Part shown: piece after piece, positions 13,336 to 27,340 of the stretch
Numbering within the stretch: position 1 is the first letter of the stretch
Layout of the letters: every line of letters starts with the position of its first letter
Assembly (NCBI GenBank): GCA_964016885.1
Contig: OZ024750.1
Span: 53,878,001-53,942,000, forward strand
Direction of reading: 5' to 3'
DNA length: 64,000 nucleotides
Source of the DNA: Eledone cirrhosa
Lineage: Eukaryota
Program-made: the position numbers and the translations under genes
Notes under the pieces: generated by a model
Databases searched by the model: none
The model's input: only the letters and a program-made list of their open reading frames with translations
What the model was told of the DNA's origin: nothing

Positions 13336-13744
13336 TGCAAGGAAATTTTGAAATCTAAAATAGACTCCTATTAATTTTTCTGTTTCTAAATTTTTAAGTT
13401 GTGTCTTCTGCTATAGCTGCAAGAGAACCCCATTGCTACAATTCTTCATCACGCACACACACACACACACACATACACACACACACACAAACATGTTACT
13501 TTTGTTTGAGCAATATAGGAATGTGGTAGTACTGACTATTCTATATTCTACAGAAATGTCAACTGGTGTACATTTAGCATCTGTTACAGTTTCGTTGTTA
13601 CTGAGATTTTGTGAGTTGTGGATCAATGTTGTGGGGTGAGGATGGGTGCTGGTGTGGCTGACTTCTCTTTGTTTTCTGTTTTAAAATTCTGGGTTCTTGG
13701 AAAATGTAACTTACACCATATTTGGACTCTTGTAGACATGTAGG

Positions 13745-14043
13745 GTAATGTGAAAATACCCCCTTCAGTCCCAACCATGGGATTAACACCTAGAAAGTTC
13801 CGCTCTGAGGCACAAGTCCGGGCAAGGTTGTTTGTGGAAGACCAGTAGTTACCCATACATACCAGTCTCCCTCTCCACACCATGTTGTCCAAGGGAAAGG
13901 CAAAGGGTGATACAGCTTGGTACCAGTGACATCATGACTCATTTCTACAGCTGAGTGAACTGGAACAACGTAAAGCCTGGTTCGAGAATTGAATTCACAA
14001 CCTTACGATTATAAGCCTGACGCTCCAACCACTAAGCCATGCA
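13745..14043 (-). mobile_element. tRNA-derived CORE-like SINE (related partial copy ~27385-27560)
   Basis: Minus strand TGGCTTAGTGGTTGGAGC head; CCAGTTCACTCAGCTGTAGAAATGAG block. Confidence 0.7.
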
Positions 14044-14599
14044 TATATATATACTCTCACACACATGTCTATTGTAATACAGTAGTATTAAAATATTTAT
14101 GTTTATCATCATACTCTTAGCTAGATCTCTTTTTTTTTTTTTACATTCCTGAATTAATGATGCTAGGTGACATGAGGTATTTTGATTGCTGGAGTAAATA
14201 TATATTTATTTGCTATGCTACAGTAACACCAAGAACAGTAATAATAATAATTATATATATATAACATGTTTGGAAACAAAACCCTTTCAAGATTTAATCT
14301 TCCAGTAATATATATATTGTTTTATACCTTTAACAAATGGTTATTTTCACTTTCTTTGTTGCTTTTCTCTAAATGGAATATAATTCAACTCTCATCCTAT
14401 CGTTACACTGTCAGTGATATATCTTTTAGATGTAAGATGTATTATTGTATCTGACAGATTGGTGTAACCTGTAGAGATCAACAACGATGATGATGATGGT
14501 GATGATAATTATTTATTTTGGCTTTGGGTAGATTTCTTTTTGTTAAACCTAATTCCCGAGAACAGGGTACTTCAAATTACAAACATTTCCCGAGTCAAA

Positions 14600-14860
14600 T
14601 TAACCCTTTCATTATCATATTTTTAATGAAAGACACTGTCTAGGACTTTCAATTAATTTTGAAAAAAATCAAGAATCTGGAGGGATTTAGTTAATATAAC
14701 TAACTTTCTTGTTATTAAGCTTGTTTTTAGAACATTACAAAGGTACTTACATAAAATTATCATGGAAGGTTTTTAGATAAATATAAACACTTTAAAACAC
14801 AAACAGCTTAGTATTGTAGAGCCAGGGCTGGTTTCAGACAAATCAGTATCAAGAAGGTTG
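14600..14860 (-). mobile_element. TTAA-CCCT-ended MITE (piggyBac-like termini), family M1
   Basis: Reverse-complement similarity to 60491-60751 and 61524-61774; starts ttaaccct. Confidence 0.6.
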
Positions 14861-17132
14861 TGGAAATTGCCTTTCTAACTTATGTGTTTGTGTGTCCAAG
14901 TCTATGTTTACATTTACTTTTTATGTCACATGGTGAAGCAATTAGGTAAAAAAACATCTATAAGTACTGGAATCAATATGATCAACTAAAATCAAGGTGA
15001 TGCTTCAACATGGCCACAGCCGAATTACTGAAACCAGCAGAAGAATAAAAGAATATACAAATAGAACAGTTTGAGTGTTTTATTTTTATATTAACTACCT
15101 TTTTAGTTTTGAGAATATATCCTGTTATATTGGCTGCTGGGATCCAACGTAGCATTTAGGTTGAGACCATCTATATCTTCTATCCAGATATTGTGAATGT
15201 AATTGTAATGTTATCTTTGAATCAATTACAGCTGTAAAATATATATGTTGTATAGAAACATATAACTCTCCTGTACATTTATGCTATTTTTCTGTTTTGT
15301 TTGGGGCATTTGAGGAGTAAAAGCTGGCTTTTAGCCTAGATTGTCATATTTTCTGTGTACCAACTTATTTGTTTCTGGTGATACAAAACCTTTCCCATTG
15401 GGGAACAGGCAGAGTTGTTAGTGTCTGTTTATATACCTCGGTATTTGTTCATGTTCTCTGTGCTCTGAATCCTGCTATAGTCAAGTTTTCCTTATGTCCT
15501 TTTGGGATAAATAAAATACCATTTGAGAGGCCATGGATTGGAAGAAGTGTTGAATAAGATGCTTTGTTGTAACTGATTCATCTCTGTTCAATCTGAGTAC
15601 AAATTCTATCTTCTTCTGGCAGAAACCTGTAGATAGTATTAATAATAGAAAGACCAATGGAAACATTGTTTCCTTTATCCAATCTCCTAATTGGTTCCCT
15701 TTATTTTTATCATACTTTTTATCATCAAATTCAAAATCGCATTTCCTTTTTTATACCAGGTTGAATGACAAGCAACACTCCCTCTAAGCTATGCAGGTGC
15801 ACAACCGTGTATTGGTGCTGCACATGTCAAAATGTTGCCACTCAGTAGTTTTTAAATGTTGCTAAGAATTTAAAATATTTTGGCTGAACTAATCAAATGT
15901 TCCACTCAGTGGTTGAGAAAAATCATATTAAAAAAAAAAAGAGCTATAAAAAGTACAATTATAAAGTTTACCTGGCACAGGTGACCTTCAACATTTTTCA
16001 TTTCTATTGTTTGTCATAGTTTATTTCGGAGCTGAATCTATTGAGTATTGATTTGACTTGTTCTTCGTTAGTGTGTGCTTTACATCTTGTGACTAATCAG
16101 AAGTTGATGCAATACTTTTATTTATATCAAACAAAGAGCAATAAAAAGTAAAATTTTAAAGTTCACCTGGCACAGGTAACTTTCAACATTTTCATCAGTT
16201 ATTGTCGATTTTTCTTGTTGCATTTCATCAATGTTAATTGATATTTTTCGGAGCAGTCCTGTAGCGGTGTCTGTTGTTATTCAATCCAGTTCCTACCTGT
16301 TTGTTACTAATCAATCTAGTCCCTACTTGACTGCTGTTACCTGTGTGTTCAACAGGTGAGTGATGCAAGCCAACAAAGGAACCTCTGATTGACCTACTAG
16401 AAATAACATCTTAAATCTCTTGAATCACACCTTAGAGAATTTTTTTTTTGTATTGTATTTAATTAAGGACGGAAGGGAGGTGCCCATGGCCTTTTGTTGG
16501 TCACCGAAACTGGTAGGATGGAAAGAGAAAGATATCCTCAAACCAGAGACCTGGTCCAAATGCTTACAACAAAGTGGACTCTGCTAAAGATACCCAAGGC
16601 CAAGTGGTGGTGTTAAACCAGCTGATGTATTAAGTGAAAATATACACGACATACAGAACTAATTTACTTCTAGATATACAAAAAGTTAGGATTATCAAGG
16701 ATGGACTACCTTCAACCTAAATGCTATTAACATCACTCACATCATTTACCCCTATTTACAGCATTACTAAATAAATTTTATCACTTAAAACTTTACAGCC
16801 TCTATTTCTAACTCCAACCAATCAATGTTGTCTTCTATTGTTGTATGATTTATTGTTAAACTTCAGATGTCTTGTCTTCTCATCAGCTCTTCTTTGTCTT
16901 GTACAAGTGCAATCTGGGTATATTTGTTTCCATCAATGTATTCATTGTTTTTATAATGGCCTTGTCACATCAGATAACATTTGTATCCTTATATTTTGTC
17001 ATTCTTCCTATTGTTCCCTACCTTACTAATTATTGTTGCTGGATGCTGTTGTGTTATTTAGCTTATCTTGAAAAGACAAACATTTATCCATTGCTATGTG
17101 CATTATTTGTTGATATTGACTGCATGGGTTCT

Positions 17133-17219
<87 letters not shown>

Positions 17220-17236
17220 TTAATTCCACAAAACAA

Positions 17237-17860
17237 ATTAACAAACCATACTTGAGATTAGGTGTTTCTCCCAAAGGCTTCTTCAACTTGTGTATGGTTA
17301 TAGTGAGAATGGAAGTATTTTTGAGCTGGCTTGATTCTGCACAGCAGATATCAGTAGTTGAGGCTGTGACAAGGAAGGTAACCTGAGTATGACTGTTGTA
17401 GGGGAAATTTTGAAGAACGATTCCTTGTGATAGTTCAGTCCGGGTTAAACTTCTGGTTATCCTGGGTTCTCCCAGTTACATAACAGAAATTTCAGGAGCA
17501 GTGATTGATTAAAAGCATTGGCTCTCATGTTATGGCAAGCACTGCTACGTAACTTCTGCAAGATATTTGTTCTTTCATCAATGCACAACTTACAGGACTT
17601 CGTTCCATTTCCATATGGTCTCGATTTTTGTGAGAAGTTTCCTTTGGATGGAGAAGTTTACAGTTGCATCCTTAAGTGACCATACAAGGCTTGCCAACTC
17701 CATGGCAAATACTTCCATTCTCACTGTAACCATACACAAGTTGAAGAATCCTTTGGGTGAAACACCTGTTTTCAAGTATGGTTTGTAAATTTATACCAAA
17801 CTCTTACTTTGGACTAAGTGCTCTCCCCACATTGGATATAACCTCTGTTTGTCACTACTA
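17237..17860 (+). mobile_element. Degenerate PLE 3' end with long inverted segment
   Basis: Inverted repeat ~17240-17320 vs 17707-17787; minus strand ELASLVWSLKDATVNFSIQRK resembles the GIY-YIG region at 49669-50166; terminus resembles 50430-50480; decayed HHR 17738-17773. Confidence 0.7.
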
Positions 17861-18439
17861 TATATATATATATTGTTGTCTTTATTTCAATGATTAATTA
17901 ATTAATTAAAAGTATGACACTTCTGTTACAATGATCATTTAATTTGAGTGTAAGCAGGATTAACCACTCTACGTCAATTGTACCATTCTATCTATATGTG
18001 TCCATATAGGCTGGTGTATAATGAGGTATTGATTATTTATATACACACATTATAAAATATTTATTTTAGGGGGATTTTTTTATCTTGAACATGTATGGCT
18101 GGCAAGAAAGTTCCTTAAGTATTATTATTGCAGTGTCGAAAAAATTGCTTTGCAGCATAGAGTTATGTTATTTTATGCACTGAGTTTAAATCCTGATACT
18201 TATAGGGTCGATAGGGTCCATAAATTGTTGACCTTGTGCCTAAATCAGAAACAATTATTAAGTGCATTGAATTATCAGAATTGTTAGAGTGGTGAACACC
18301 TTTTGGTGTTTCTTTTGGTCAATAACATAATGTACCAGTCAAATACTAGGGTCTATTTAATCAACTTTCTCCTTCCCCTTCCCTAAATTGCTGGCATTGT
18401 GCCAATGTTAGAAACCATTATTATAAATGGAGTGGAGGG

Positions 18440-18645
18440 TGGTGGATTAACAGCATCAGACAACATGCTTTGCAGAATATAGTTATAGCCCTTTATGTTC
18501 TGAGTTCAAATCTTGCCGATGTTAGCTTTGCCTTTCATCCTTACAGATTTAATAAAATAAAGTACCAGTAATACACTGGGGTCAATTTAATTGACTTTCC
18601 TTTCCCCAAGTTGCTGGCCTTGTGCCTAAATCAGAAACATTTTTA
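18440..18645 (+). mobile_element. tRNA-derived SINE, second family (other copies ~745-865, 13061-13165, 21900-22075, 26790-26950)
   Basis: GAGTTCAAATC B box followed by conserved ctttgcctttcatcctt...ataaaataaagtaccagt...gctggccttgtgcc. Confidence 0.75.
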
Positions 18646-19280
18646 TAAATGGAATGGCATGGCTGGAATTATCACTACACATTGGTGGCCAACATAACAA
18701 ATTATTGTTACACTCATCATCATCATTATTGCCATTAGATGATATAATTGGTTCAAACATTAAAAATCTTTAATTTTTTTTTTCACCTGGGGAAAGGTGT
18801 TCAAATTTTGCTAATTGTCCCACAGGTTTGATAAAATAAATACTTGGAATAAATATTACAATGAGCTTATTCCTTTAAAATATCATCACCATCATCATAT
18901 CCATCATAGTTGCTATTTAACTTATCCATTCATTCTCTTTATTTCTAGTGTCATCATAAATGGGTTCAAATGAATGTGACTTCACTTGTGAACCTAGTTA
19001 GAATGTTCAGGGGTTCTCAGTCTGGAGTAGATTTACTTCCAGGGGAATAAATTCCACCTTTTCAGATAATAAATTGGTTGATACTTGATTTGTACATGTT
19101 TTTTTTTTTTTCTCATTTATAATTTAAAACATTTGAAACTGGAGAAGAAAATTTGAAGTTGGCCTGTTTTCTTTATTAAAATACTAATTTGTTGTTGTTT
19201 TTTTTACCATTTTAAACTTAACCTGTATTTTATACATCCTAATTATGATGTTGTCACTGTAGTAGTGTAATTCCGTCTCG

Positions 19281-20055
19281 GACTGTATTTAGTCCTTGCA
19301 CTGGTACCTCTTCACCATTAGTTGTTCACATTAGCTGACTATTTAGTCCTACTACTGGTACCTCTTCACCATTAGTTCACATTAACTGACTATTTAGTCC
19401 TACTACTGGTACCTCTACACCACTAGTTGTTCACATTAACTGACTATTTAGTCCTACTACTGGTACCTCTACACCACTAGTTGTTCACATTAACTGACTA
19501 TTTAGTCCTACTACTGGTACCTCTACACCACTAGTTGTTCACATTAACTGACTATTTAGTCCTACTACTGGTACCTCTACACCACTAGTTGTTCACATTA
19601 ACTGACTATTTAGTCCTACTACTGGTACCTCTTCACCACTAGTTGTTCACATTAACTGACTATTTAGTCCTACTACTGGTACCTCTACACCACTAGTTGT
19701 TCACATTAACTGACTATTTAGTCCTACTACTGGTACCTCTACACCACTAGTTGTTCACATTAACTGACTATTTAGTCCTACTACTGGTACCTCTTCACCA
19801 CTAGTTCACATTAACTGACTATTTAGTCCTACTACTGGTACCTCTTCACCACTAGTTGTTCACATTAACTGACTATTTAGTCCTACTACTGGTACCTCTT
19901 CACCATTAGTTGTTCACATTAACTGACTATTTAGTCCTACTACTGGTACCTCTTCACCACTAGTTGTTCACATTAGCTGACTGTATTTAGTCCTACTACT
20001 GGTACCTCTTCACCATTAGTTGTTCACATTAACTGACTGTATTTAGTCCTACTGC
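19281..20055. repeat. 54-bp minisatellite, ~14 copies
   Basis: Unit gactatttagtcctactactggtacctctacaccactagttgttcacattaact with 51- and 56-bp variants. Confidence 0.95.
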
Positions 20056-22229
20056 TATTTGTTCACCATCAGTTATTCATTAGTAAATAAATAAGATTGC
20101 TTTGTGCTATTATTGTTATATAAACCTAAAATAATAATGTTTAAAAAAACAATATTTTAAGATTTCCCCTTTATCAGTTGCTGTGTTATCGTAGAGATGG
20201 AAACAGAAATTTACTGAGCAAAACAGGGTGGAGTGGAGTTAAATTTACTTTGGAAATGTTGCCAGTGTGAAGGTTTGGAGCCCCTAATGTGAAGACGATT
20301 TTAGTTGTGATCACTTTATTGACAGTTATAATTCAGTGTAAATATGAGAGTGACAGACAATCCATCTTCATAAACAAGAAAATAAAAACAAGAAACCTGT
20401 TCTTTATTTCAAACTTATATTTTCTTAAAAAGAAGCCTTTTTTAAAACCCAAGTAAAGATTAACTACATTTGTGTTGTGAGCGGAGTAGAATAAAACGGT
20501 GAAGGTGTGTGGATTATTGGTTAGGGTGTTTGGCTCATGTTTGTAAGATCCTGGCAGTATGTGTCCTTCAGCAAGACTTTTTATTTCATGTTGCTTCTGT
20601 TCAATAAACTGACAAAAATGAATTGTACCTGTAAATAAAAAAACAGCCTGTCTTGTCACACACTGTGTCCTGCTGAATATAGTATACGTGTCTTGAATGC
20701 TCAGCCACTTGCACATGAATTTCTCAAGCAAGCTGTTTGAACAACTGGAAGACTCATCGGAACTAGTAGAGGTACAATAAAGCACTGAATCATGGCAGTA
20801 AAGTTACCCCAAACTAGACACTCTTCTTCACCTCATTTATAGTGTTTTGGAGGAGGTTTTTTATTTCTTAAATAATGCTCTGTGGCAGAATCGTTCTGAG
20901 TTCAAATCCTACTGAAGTCAACTTTGCCTTTCTTCCATTTGGCATTAATAAATACCAGTCTAAAGAGATGGACAGACAGTTATTAGAACATTGGGCACAA
21001 TGCAATATTTTTGCTGGTTCTTTGACTTTTGAATTCAATCTCTAAGTAGAAACAAGCCTGGAATTATTTAACAAATTTGGTGAATAAGACAAAAAAGAAT
21101 ACTCCTTCTATCTAAAAAATTTGGTGTATAAGACAAAAAAGAATACTCCTCCGTCTATCTAAAAAATTCCACCTTATCTAAAACTCTCAAAATTCTGTTT
21201 TTGACTAAAAACTGGAAAAAATCTTTCTTATATAACATCAAAGAAAATGAGGACAAAAAAGCCGTGTCAACCTGTGAGTTACTTTAACACCTGTAATATC
21301 AACAAAGTGGGAGAAGTTTATTCCAAAACCTTCGTTTAACATTAAACATTTTGTAAAAAAAAAAGCACACACAAATAATACAATAATAATAATAAAACAA
21401 GCCAAATCATCTAAGGGACCTTAGGCATGATAAGAGGGTTTAGAAAGATCTTGAACCATTTCTTCTGGAAATAAAGCAGTATTGACTAGCACTTCACACA
21501 TACTGTGAAGAACTCTCTCAATATAAATGGGAATTACAGTACCTGCAGATGACCCCCTCATCTAAATTAAACTTTGTACCTCTACAGTTCATATATATTC
21601 AACACTAAAAGAAGCAAATCCCAGGGTGGATGCAGGTTAAAATTTATGGCCAATATAGAGGCAAGCTTTGAAACCTTAGGTAGCAAGCAACTATGTTGTG
21701 TAACATTAATAGTATTTCAGCTCTGTAGATGTATACATATTAACTATACATCTCTCTCTGTAAATATGATGCTTTTATGGCACACTCCATGCAGGAGCTG
21801 AAGGCACCTGTTCATTCATGTCTTCTCCTGTCCCAGATTGTATAAAACATGCAAAAAATGGAATAATAATGATGATGATAATGATAATAATAATAATTGT
21901 TTCTACTTTAGGCACAAGGCCAGCAATTACCCAGTGCATTACTGGTACTTTAATTTATCGACCCCGTAAGGATGAAAGGCAAAGTCAACCTCGGCGGGAT
22001 TTGAACTCAGATCGTAAAGGGATGTAACTATGCTGGAAAGCATGGCGTCCGACCCTCTAATGATACTGCCAATCCAGTCCCTAATAATAATAATAATAAT
22101 AATAATAATGCCTCTCAATGACTAGTTTACTAGGGGCACCTGGGATTTTAAAATGTTCTGAATATGGGCAGGGATTTGATGTTCAGCAAACAAAACTGGC
22201 AGAGTTAACACTATTGCACTGCAAATTAC

Positions 22230-22257
<28 letters not shown>

Positions 22258-22260
<3 letters not shown>

Positions 22261-24984
22261 TTTCTTTATTGGCCACAAGGGCTGACATCAAGAAAAACAT
22301 TACAGACGGTACGATGTGGGTTTTGTGCGTGTAAATATTTTTATTATTTATATAAGAAAAGAAAAAAAGGACATAGAAACATATATATATATAAACAATA
22401 AAAATGAAAATTGAAACAATGAAAAATTCCCCACGGCAAGCGCCCTCTCTCAATTTTTCCATTTCTCAAACTACAGGTGTATATTCAGAGCGGTCCCGTT
22501 CACCCACCTTTCAACAAACTTGCTAGAAGGCAGCACTTGCCTCTCCACCTTGATTTTCCTCTTCAAGTGAAACTTGAAAAAGTTAATTAGGGATTCGCCG
22601 AAGAGGAAAGTGTCTGTCTTTAACCCTTTCAACTTTGTCCACCACACAATCTCTTTCGCCATGGCCACCAGGCAGATGAAAACCGCCTGCTCTTCCTCCT
22701 CGAAGGAAGACGGCAAGACCATCTGCACAATGGTCTCAGTCGATAACCGGATCAGTCCTACACGCGACAGCAACTGTTCAACATAGCTCCACAAGTCAGC
22801 AATGCTAGGGCACTGAACGAGTGCGTGCACGAAGGTTTCGTCGCTCTGCGCGCATCTCGGACAGGCTCGGCTGACGGCACTTCCGTGCCTGTAGAGCTTA
22901 TCTCGAACCGGTAGCACTGCCAGGCCAGGGATTTTTGGAAGTTATCCATAGGCCCTGGGCTGAAAGTTCTCCGGAAGAGAGCAAACAGCTGATCTTCTTC
23001 GACGCCCAGGATCTCTCCGAGAACATTGTCGCTCTTCCCCTCCACTAGTCCTTTATAGAACGCCGAGGTGGATGTTCCACTGATACTGGTGCCCAGCTAG
23101 CAGAGGGCAGTGAGCGCCTGGAGACATTCCAGTTTCCAAGCGCTATCCCTCGGTCTTTTTCTGACCCAGGACTGCAGCTCCGTCAAGGAGACGAGCTGTG
23201 GGAAAACGTGCCTGGCGAACGGCGACCACACCTGTTCACCGTCAAGGAAGCACCAGAGATGTCGCAGCCTCAGCGCATGTTTGCGCATCATCAGCCATGG
23301 CATGCCCAGTCCTCCACGCAACGGGTGTTGACAGCAGATGGATCGTCTGACCATGGGAGCGCGTCCCTTCCACAAAAAGCGGAAGAGGATGCACTCCATT
23401 TTGGTGAGAGTTGGGCCGGAGTAAGGGACGACAGTGAAGTGGTAGCAGATGACGGATGTGATGTATGCATTCGCCACCTCCGCCCGGCCTTTCAGGGACA
23501 GCTTCCTCTCGGCCCATTTCTGGGTGAGGGAGTCCACCTTGTTCGTCACCTCGTTCCAGTTTTTCTCCATCTGGAGGTCCGGTCCAAACCAAACCCCGAG
23601 CAATTTAACCAGTCCATCCGTCCAACGCCCCACGACGCTGTCGGACGGCATGGACTTGCCTCTCCAGTTGCCGAGCTGCAAGCCCACCGACTTTTCCTGG
23701 TTTATCTTTGCTCCTGTCACCGCTTCGTATTCCTTGAGAGCGGTGCCGAGCATCTGGACGTGTCTGGTGCTCGACACCACCACGGTGACGTCGTCAGCGT
23801 AAGCCGACTCGGATTTCCGCATTCTAGTTTGCGTGGGACGCCCCTCATCGCCCCCAGTTTGTGCAGTAACGGCTCGAGAGCCAATACATACAAGAGGGAC
23901 GAGAGGGGACAACCCTGGCGGACTAAGCGCATGATGTTGAACGGCTGCGACAGGTGACTGTTCACCCTCACAACTGAGCAGATGTCGCTGTACATCGCTG
24001 CGATCCAACCCCTGAAAACGCCCGAAACCGGCTGCCTCGAGGACCGCCGCCAGGTACCGATGGTCGACCCTATCGAATGCTTTGGATTGATCCAAGTTGA
24101 TCAGGGCCCCACCCGTGCTAGGTTCCTTAACCACCCTCTCTATGATGTATCGCATGAGGTGGAGGTTGTCGTGTATGGATCTATCCGGAATGGCGCATGC
24201 CTGCGCCTCTCTCACCAGACCCTTGACGACAAGCGCCAACCTCGTTGCTAACACCTTGGCCAAAATCTTGAATTCTGCGTTTAGCAGGGTTATGGGCCTG
24301 AAATTATCGATAACATCCCCCTTTTTCGGGTCTTTTCTCAGCAGCACCACCGCTCCCCAGCTCACAAAACTGGGAATGCTCCCGTTCTGCTGCCAGTTGC
24401 AGTAGACGTCTGCCAAGAGGTCCCCGAACAAGTCTGGCATAAATGCATAAAGCTCGTAGGGCAGACCATCCAAACCTGGCGATTTACCCCTCGTGCAGTT
24501 AGCCATCGCATCCCATATTTCACCGGCTGTTATTGGCTTTTCGTAACACTGTGCTGCGCTCGTCGAGAGCTGAGGCAGTCCGTCGAGGTATGCACTGAAG
24601 TCCATGCCCCAATCCGGGCCGCCGCTGCTCCCGAACAGTTCAGCAAAGTGCTGCTGAAAAGCTTCACACATCCGCTCGTGTTCGAGCATCACACACCCAG
24701 TTTGGTCAGACAAAGACTGAATTGTAGCTTTGTTGCCACGTCGCGCCTCTGCCACCTGGGCCCATTGGACGGCTTTTGTCCCCTCGTGTTTCAGAGCACG
24801 CGCTCTAGCTCTGACAACGCAGCCTTCGTGTTTTGCGTTGAAGAATTAATTGGTCGAGTGCCAATCTCGCCGCAAGCACGTCGGTTGCGATGCCTGTCCT
24901 AAATGCCTCTTCTAGCTTTCTGACTAGCTCTCCCTCTACTCTATTTTCCTCTATCACTACTCCTTTGCTAAACCTAATCGACTA
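22258..24984 (-). mobile_element. 5'-truncated Tx1/L1-clade LINE (RT plus C-terminal zinc knuckle), frameshifted
   Basis: KSPGLDGLP, NFRPITLLN, LDQSKAFDRV, RQGCPLS, AYADD, GGLG, CPRC..ETFVHALVQCP; GC-rich; AATAAA at 3' end; (ATT)n both sides. Confidence 0.93.
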
Positions 24985-25029
24985 TAATAATAATATGGTA
25001 GCAAAATCAGGAATCAAAATGAATCTAAC

Positions 25030-26070
25030 ATGAAGATGAAGGTTTTAATAAGCAAATGACACTGCTACAGTCAGGGAAATGGCTGTACTCAATATGTAGG
25101 AGAGGAGTAGGTAGGAATTTGTTATGGTATACTCAGTGTAGGCTGGAAACACACAAGAGGTGCAGTGGGATCAAAAGAAGGTTAATAGGGAGGGTAGACT
25201 TGATATGTGGCCCAGGAATAGTGAACATTAAAGGTACTCAAGAAATAAACCCTCTGAAATGTTCAGAAAGTTCAGTAGATGTGATAGCTAGGTGATTTTG
25301 TCAGTAGTCGAGCTGGATGTGTTATAGCCAGAGTGAGAACAGGGTATAAGAGGTTCAGAAAGCTGTTACCTCTGCTGGCAACAGAAGGCTTCTCTCTCTC
25401 TGTGAAGGGCTAATTATATGAGCATGTTATATGCTGCATGGCAGTGAGGTATGGTTTTTGAGTGAAGTAGAGTTTGCAGTGACTAAAAGAAATTAAGCAA
25501 GTATGCTTCGCTGGATGTGTAATGTTAGTGTGCTCAATAGTGTGCATAAACGGCAGAGCACAAGAAACTGAGAGAAAACTTGAGTATAAGAGGAATTGAA
25601 TGTTGTGTGCAAAAGAGAATTGCACTAGGATGGGCATGTGATGCGTAAGGAGAATGAGAGTTGTATAGAAAGGTGATTAATGGGGATGGAACCTGTGGAA
25701 GAAGGGCATGGTACAAAGTAATGAGGGATGACCTAAAAAAAAAAACTGAACCTTATGAAAGAGAAGACACAGGAGCCAGCGGACTGGTGATATACCATAA
25801 TACACACCAGTACATGTGGTGAGCGCGGTAGAAACAATATAGGGGCTAAAATATCTTTTCTGTCATCTAACAACCTCTCTAGTGCTGATGCCACAATAAA
25901 ACACACTCAGTCCACCTTGTAAAGTGGTTGGTTTTAAGAAGGGCATCCAGTTGTAGAAACCATACCAAATATGGAACATATGAGTAAGACATGGTCACTT
26001 GACCAGTCTCACCTCAGAATATGAGAAACCGTCCAACCCATGCCAGCATGGGAAGTGGGTGTAAAAATGA
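25030..26070 (+). mobile_element. Old degenerate RTE LINE 3' part
   Basis: SGKWLYSICRRGVGRN...HKRCSG motif; 3' UTR block aagggcatccagttgtagaaacc shared with younger copies. Confidence 0.8.
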
Positions 26071-27235
26071 TATATTTTTCAATTATTATTTTAATAATAC
26101 TGTGGTGTCTTGAATGTGATTGTGAATTTGTAGTTTAGATGTGTTTTTTTTTTTATCAGAAAAGAAACCTGGTTAATTAGATGTCATCATCATAGTAGAT
26201 GTGTTTTATAAGTTGTATCAATTATAGAAATATGCTAACGAGGATGGAAAATTAGACATAGGCATGGCTGTGTTGTTGAGGAGTTCACTTTGCAACCACC
26301 ACATGGGTTCTAGTTCAGTCCCACTGCATGGCACCTCATTGACTAATGCCTTATTAATGGAATTTGGTAGATGGAAACTATTTGGAAGCCTGTCATAAAT
26401 GTAGGTGTGTGTATGTCTGTTTCTATGTTTACATCTACAGTTTATGTGCTGTAACTTAGCAGTATGACAAAAAGAGATCAATAGAATAACTGCTGAGGTC
26501 GAGCATGATCCAATAACCCCCCTCCCCCTCCCCGCAGGCCAGCATGAAACAGTCAACATCATTGGTCAGTCTCTCAGTTTTATGTTCAGAAATCTTGTGT
26601 TAATTGTAAATTCTCCATTCCATAAGTTCCTTCAATCTATTCTCATAACAAATTCTATGTACATTTGGTGCTCCAGCATGGCTACAATCTGCCAGCTGGA
26701 GCAAGTAAAACAGTAAAAGACTATTAAAAAAAAACTTGGTTATTATTTGTTTTTGTCTCTTTATTATTGTTATTATTATTAGTAAAAGGCAGTAACAGCA
26801 TCAGACAACATGCTTTGCAGTTTTTGTTACAACTTTCTAAACTCTGGGTTCAAATCCTGCCGAGGTTAGCTTTGCCTTTCATCCTTGATAAAGTACCAGT
26901 AATGGTAATCAGTTTTCCCTGACCCTAAAATTACTGGCCTTGTGCTTATGCTAGATACACCTATTATTATCATCATCCTTTATATGGAATTATATTCTAC
27001 CTTCTTCTCAACCCCACTCTCTTTAATTTGTTGTATATCTATAAGCCAATCAATCAATTTAAACAAGTCTAGAAGCTGTGTATATATATAATAATAATAA
27101 TAAGTTGGCGGACTAGCATGGCTAGTACCGGTTGCATCTCAGCGTACTCAATAGATAATGTTAAGTAAACTCCCAGAGTAGACACATAGTTATTCGCTTT
27201 AACACAACATACGTAAATGGGTACCTTCAATCTAT

Positions 27236-27340
27236 ACCTGAACTCGAGTTTCTGCCACACTCAATAGAATGCACAGCATCCACTGTCTGCATTTATTATA
27301 CAACTATGCACAATCAGCGCATGTGGCTTTATCAGCGGGT
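27236..27340 (-). ncRNA. Decayed hammerhead motif with long stem II insert
   Basis: ACCCG-CUGAUAA-GCCACAU...GUGUGGC-GAAA-CUCGAG-UU/CAGGU; G8 changed to A. Confidence 0.55.

Noticed and set aside
19281-20055. Tandem arrays as CRISPR-like loci (also 28258, 29050, 61727)
   Set aside because: No unique spacers and no cas genes; eukaryotic minisatellites
23208-23957. 249-aa plus-strand ORF and other antisense ORFs over LINEs
   Set aside because: Shadow ORFs on the opposite strand of GC-rich RT coding sequence
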